DNA from: Octopus vulgaris
Lineage: Eukaryota
DNA length: 64,000 bases
Assembly: GCA_951406725.2 (NCBI GenBank)
Contig: OX597835.1
Location: 6,510,001 to 6,574,000, forward strand
Reading direction: 5' to 3'
The position numbers and the translations under genes were made by a program. The notes beneath the pieces are model-generated. The model ran no database searches. It had not been told where the DNA came from and worked only from the letters and a program-made list of their open reading frames with translations. Each line of letters begins with the position of its first letter. Within the stretch, counting starts at the first letter, position 1. Of the stretch, positions 63,654 through 64,000 are shown in pieces.

Positions 63654-63758
63654 GTAAGCACTGTGAATGTTTTTGTATTTCATTAGTAATAACACAGTAA
63701 CTTATGTTACATAGTAACTTAAATTTCACGGTAGCTAGGTAGGTAGGAAGGTATGACA

Positions 63759-63987
63759 TTAACCCTTTAGTGTTCACATTATTCTGCCAAAATTAATCCT
63801 TTTTTATCCACTTTGTTTTGAACTAATCATGCATTATCTTGTAGCTATGAGAATTTGATGAGGCAGCTGTAAAATTTTAAAATGGTATTGTAGGGTTGGT
63901 GTGAGAGACCAGATCTGGCCAGTTTGAACATAAAACAGGCAGAATACTTTTGGCCGGATATGGCCGGTTTAAATGCTAAAGGGTTAA
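63759..63987. mobile_element. piggyBac-like TTAA MITE
   Basis: TTAA-CCCTTTAG ... CTAAAGGG-TTAA; same family as 38687, opposite orientation. Confidence 0.8.
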
Positions 63988-64000
63988 TAAATGTACCTAC

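Overview
AT-rich, repeat-dense eukaryotic genomic DNA. The SINE, MITE and microsatellite landscape looks like an octopus (coleoid cephalopod) genome; this is inferred from repeat style, not proven. Three protein-coding loci are supported. (1) A minus-strand first coding exon at 1-241 encodes a signal-peptide-like N-terminus plus a trefoil/P-type domain, typical of GH31 alpha-glucosidases; the ORF track missed it. (2) A plus-strand Ser/Lys-rich ORF of about 349 aa at 12496-13545 has no recognisable domain. (3) The 5' part of a CTP synthase gene on the plus strand has 8 coding exons with canonical GT-AG junctions from 39140 to 63653 (336 codons) and continues past the window. The remainder is introns and intergenic DNA filled with at least four SINE families, LINE remnants (CR1/L2-like, RTE-like), Helitron-like elements, TTAA, Mutator-like and Tc1-like MITEs, a solo LTR and long microsatellites. 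The best hidden signals are two paralogous box C/D snoRNA-like elements at the CTPS locus that share a 13-nt guide with no target I could identify, Penelope-like palindromes carrying degenerate hammerhead cores, a pre-miRNA-like hairpin, several sense-strand imperfect stems with A-C and G-U mismatches (ADAR-substrate-like), and MITEs that carry telomeric repeats. Almost all other ORFs in the track are microsatellite or SINE artefacts.
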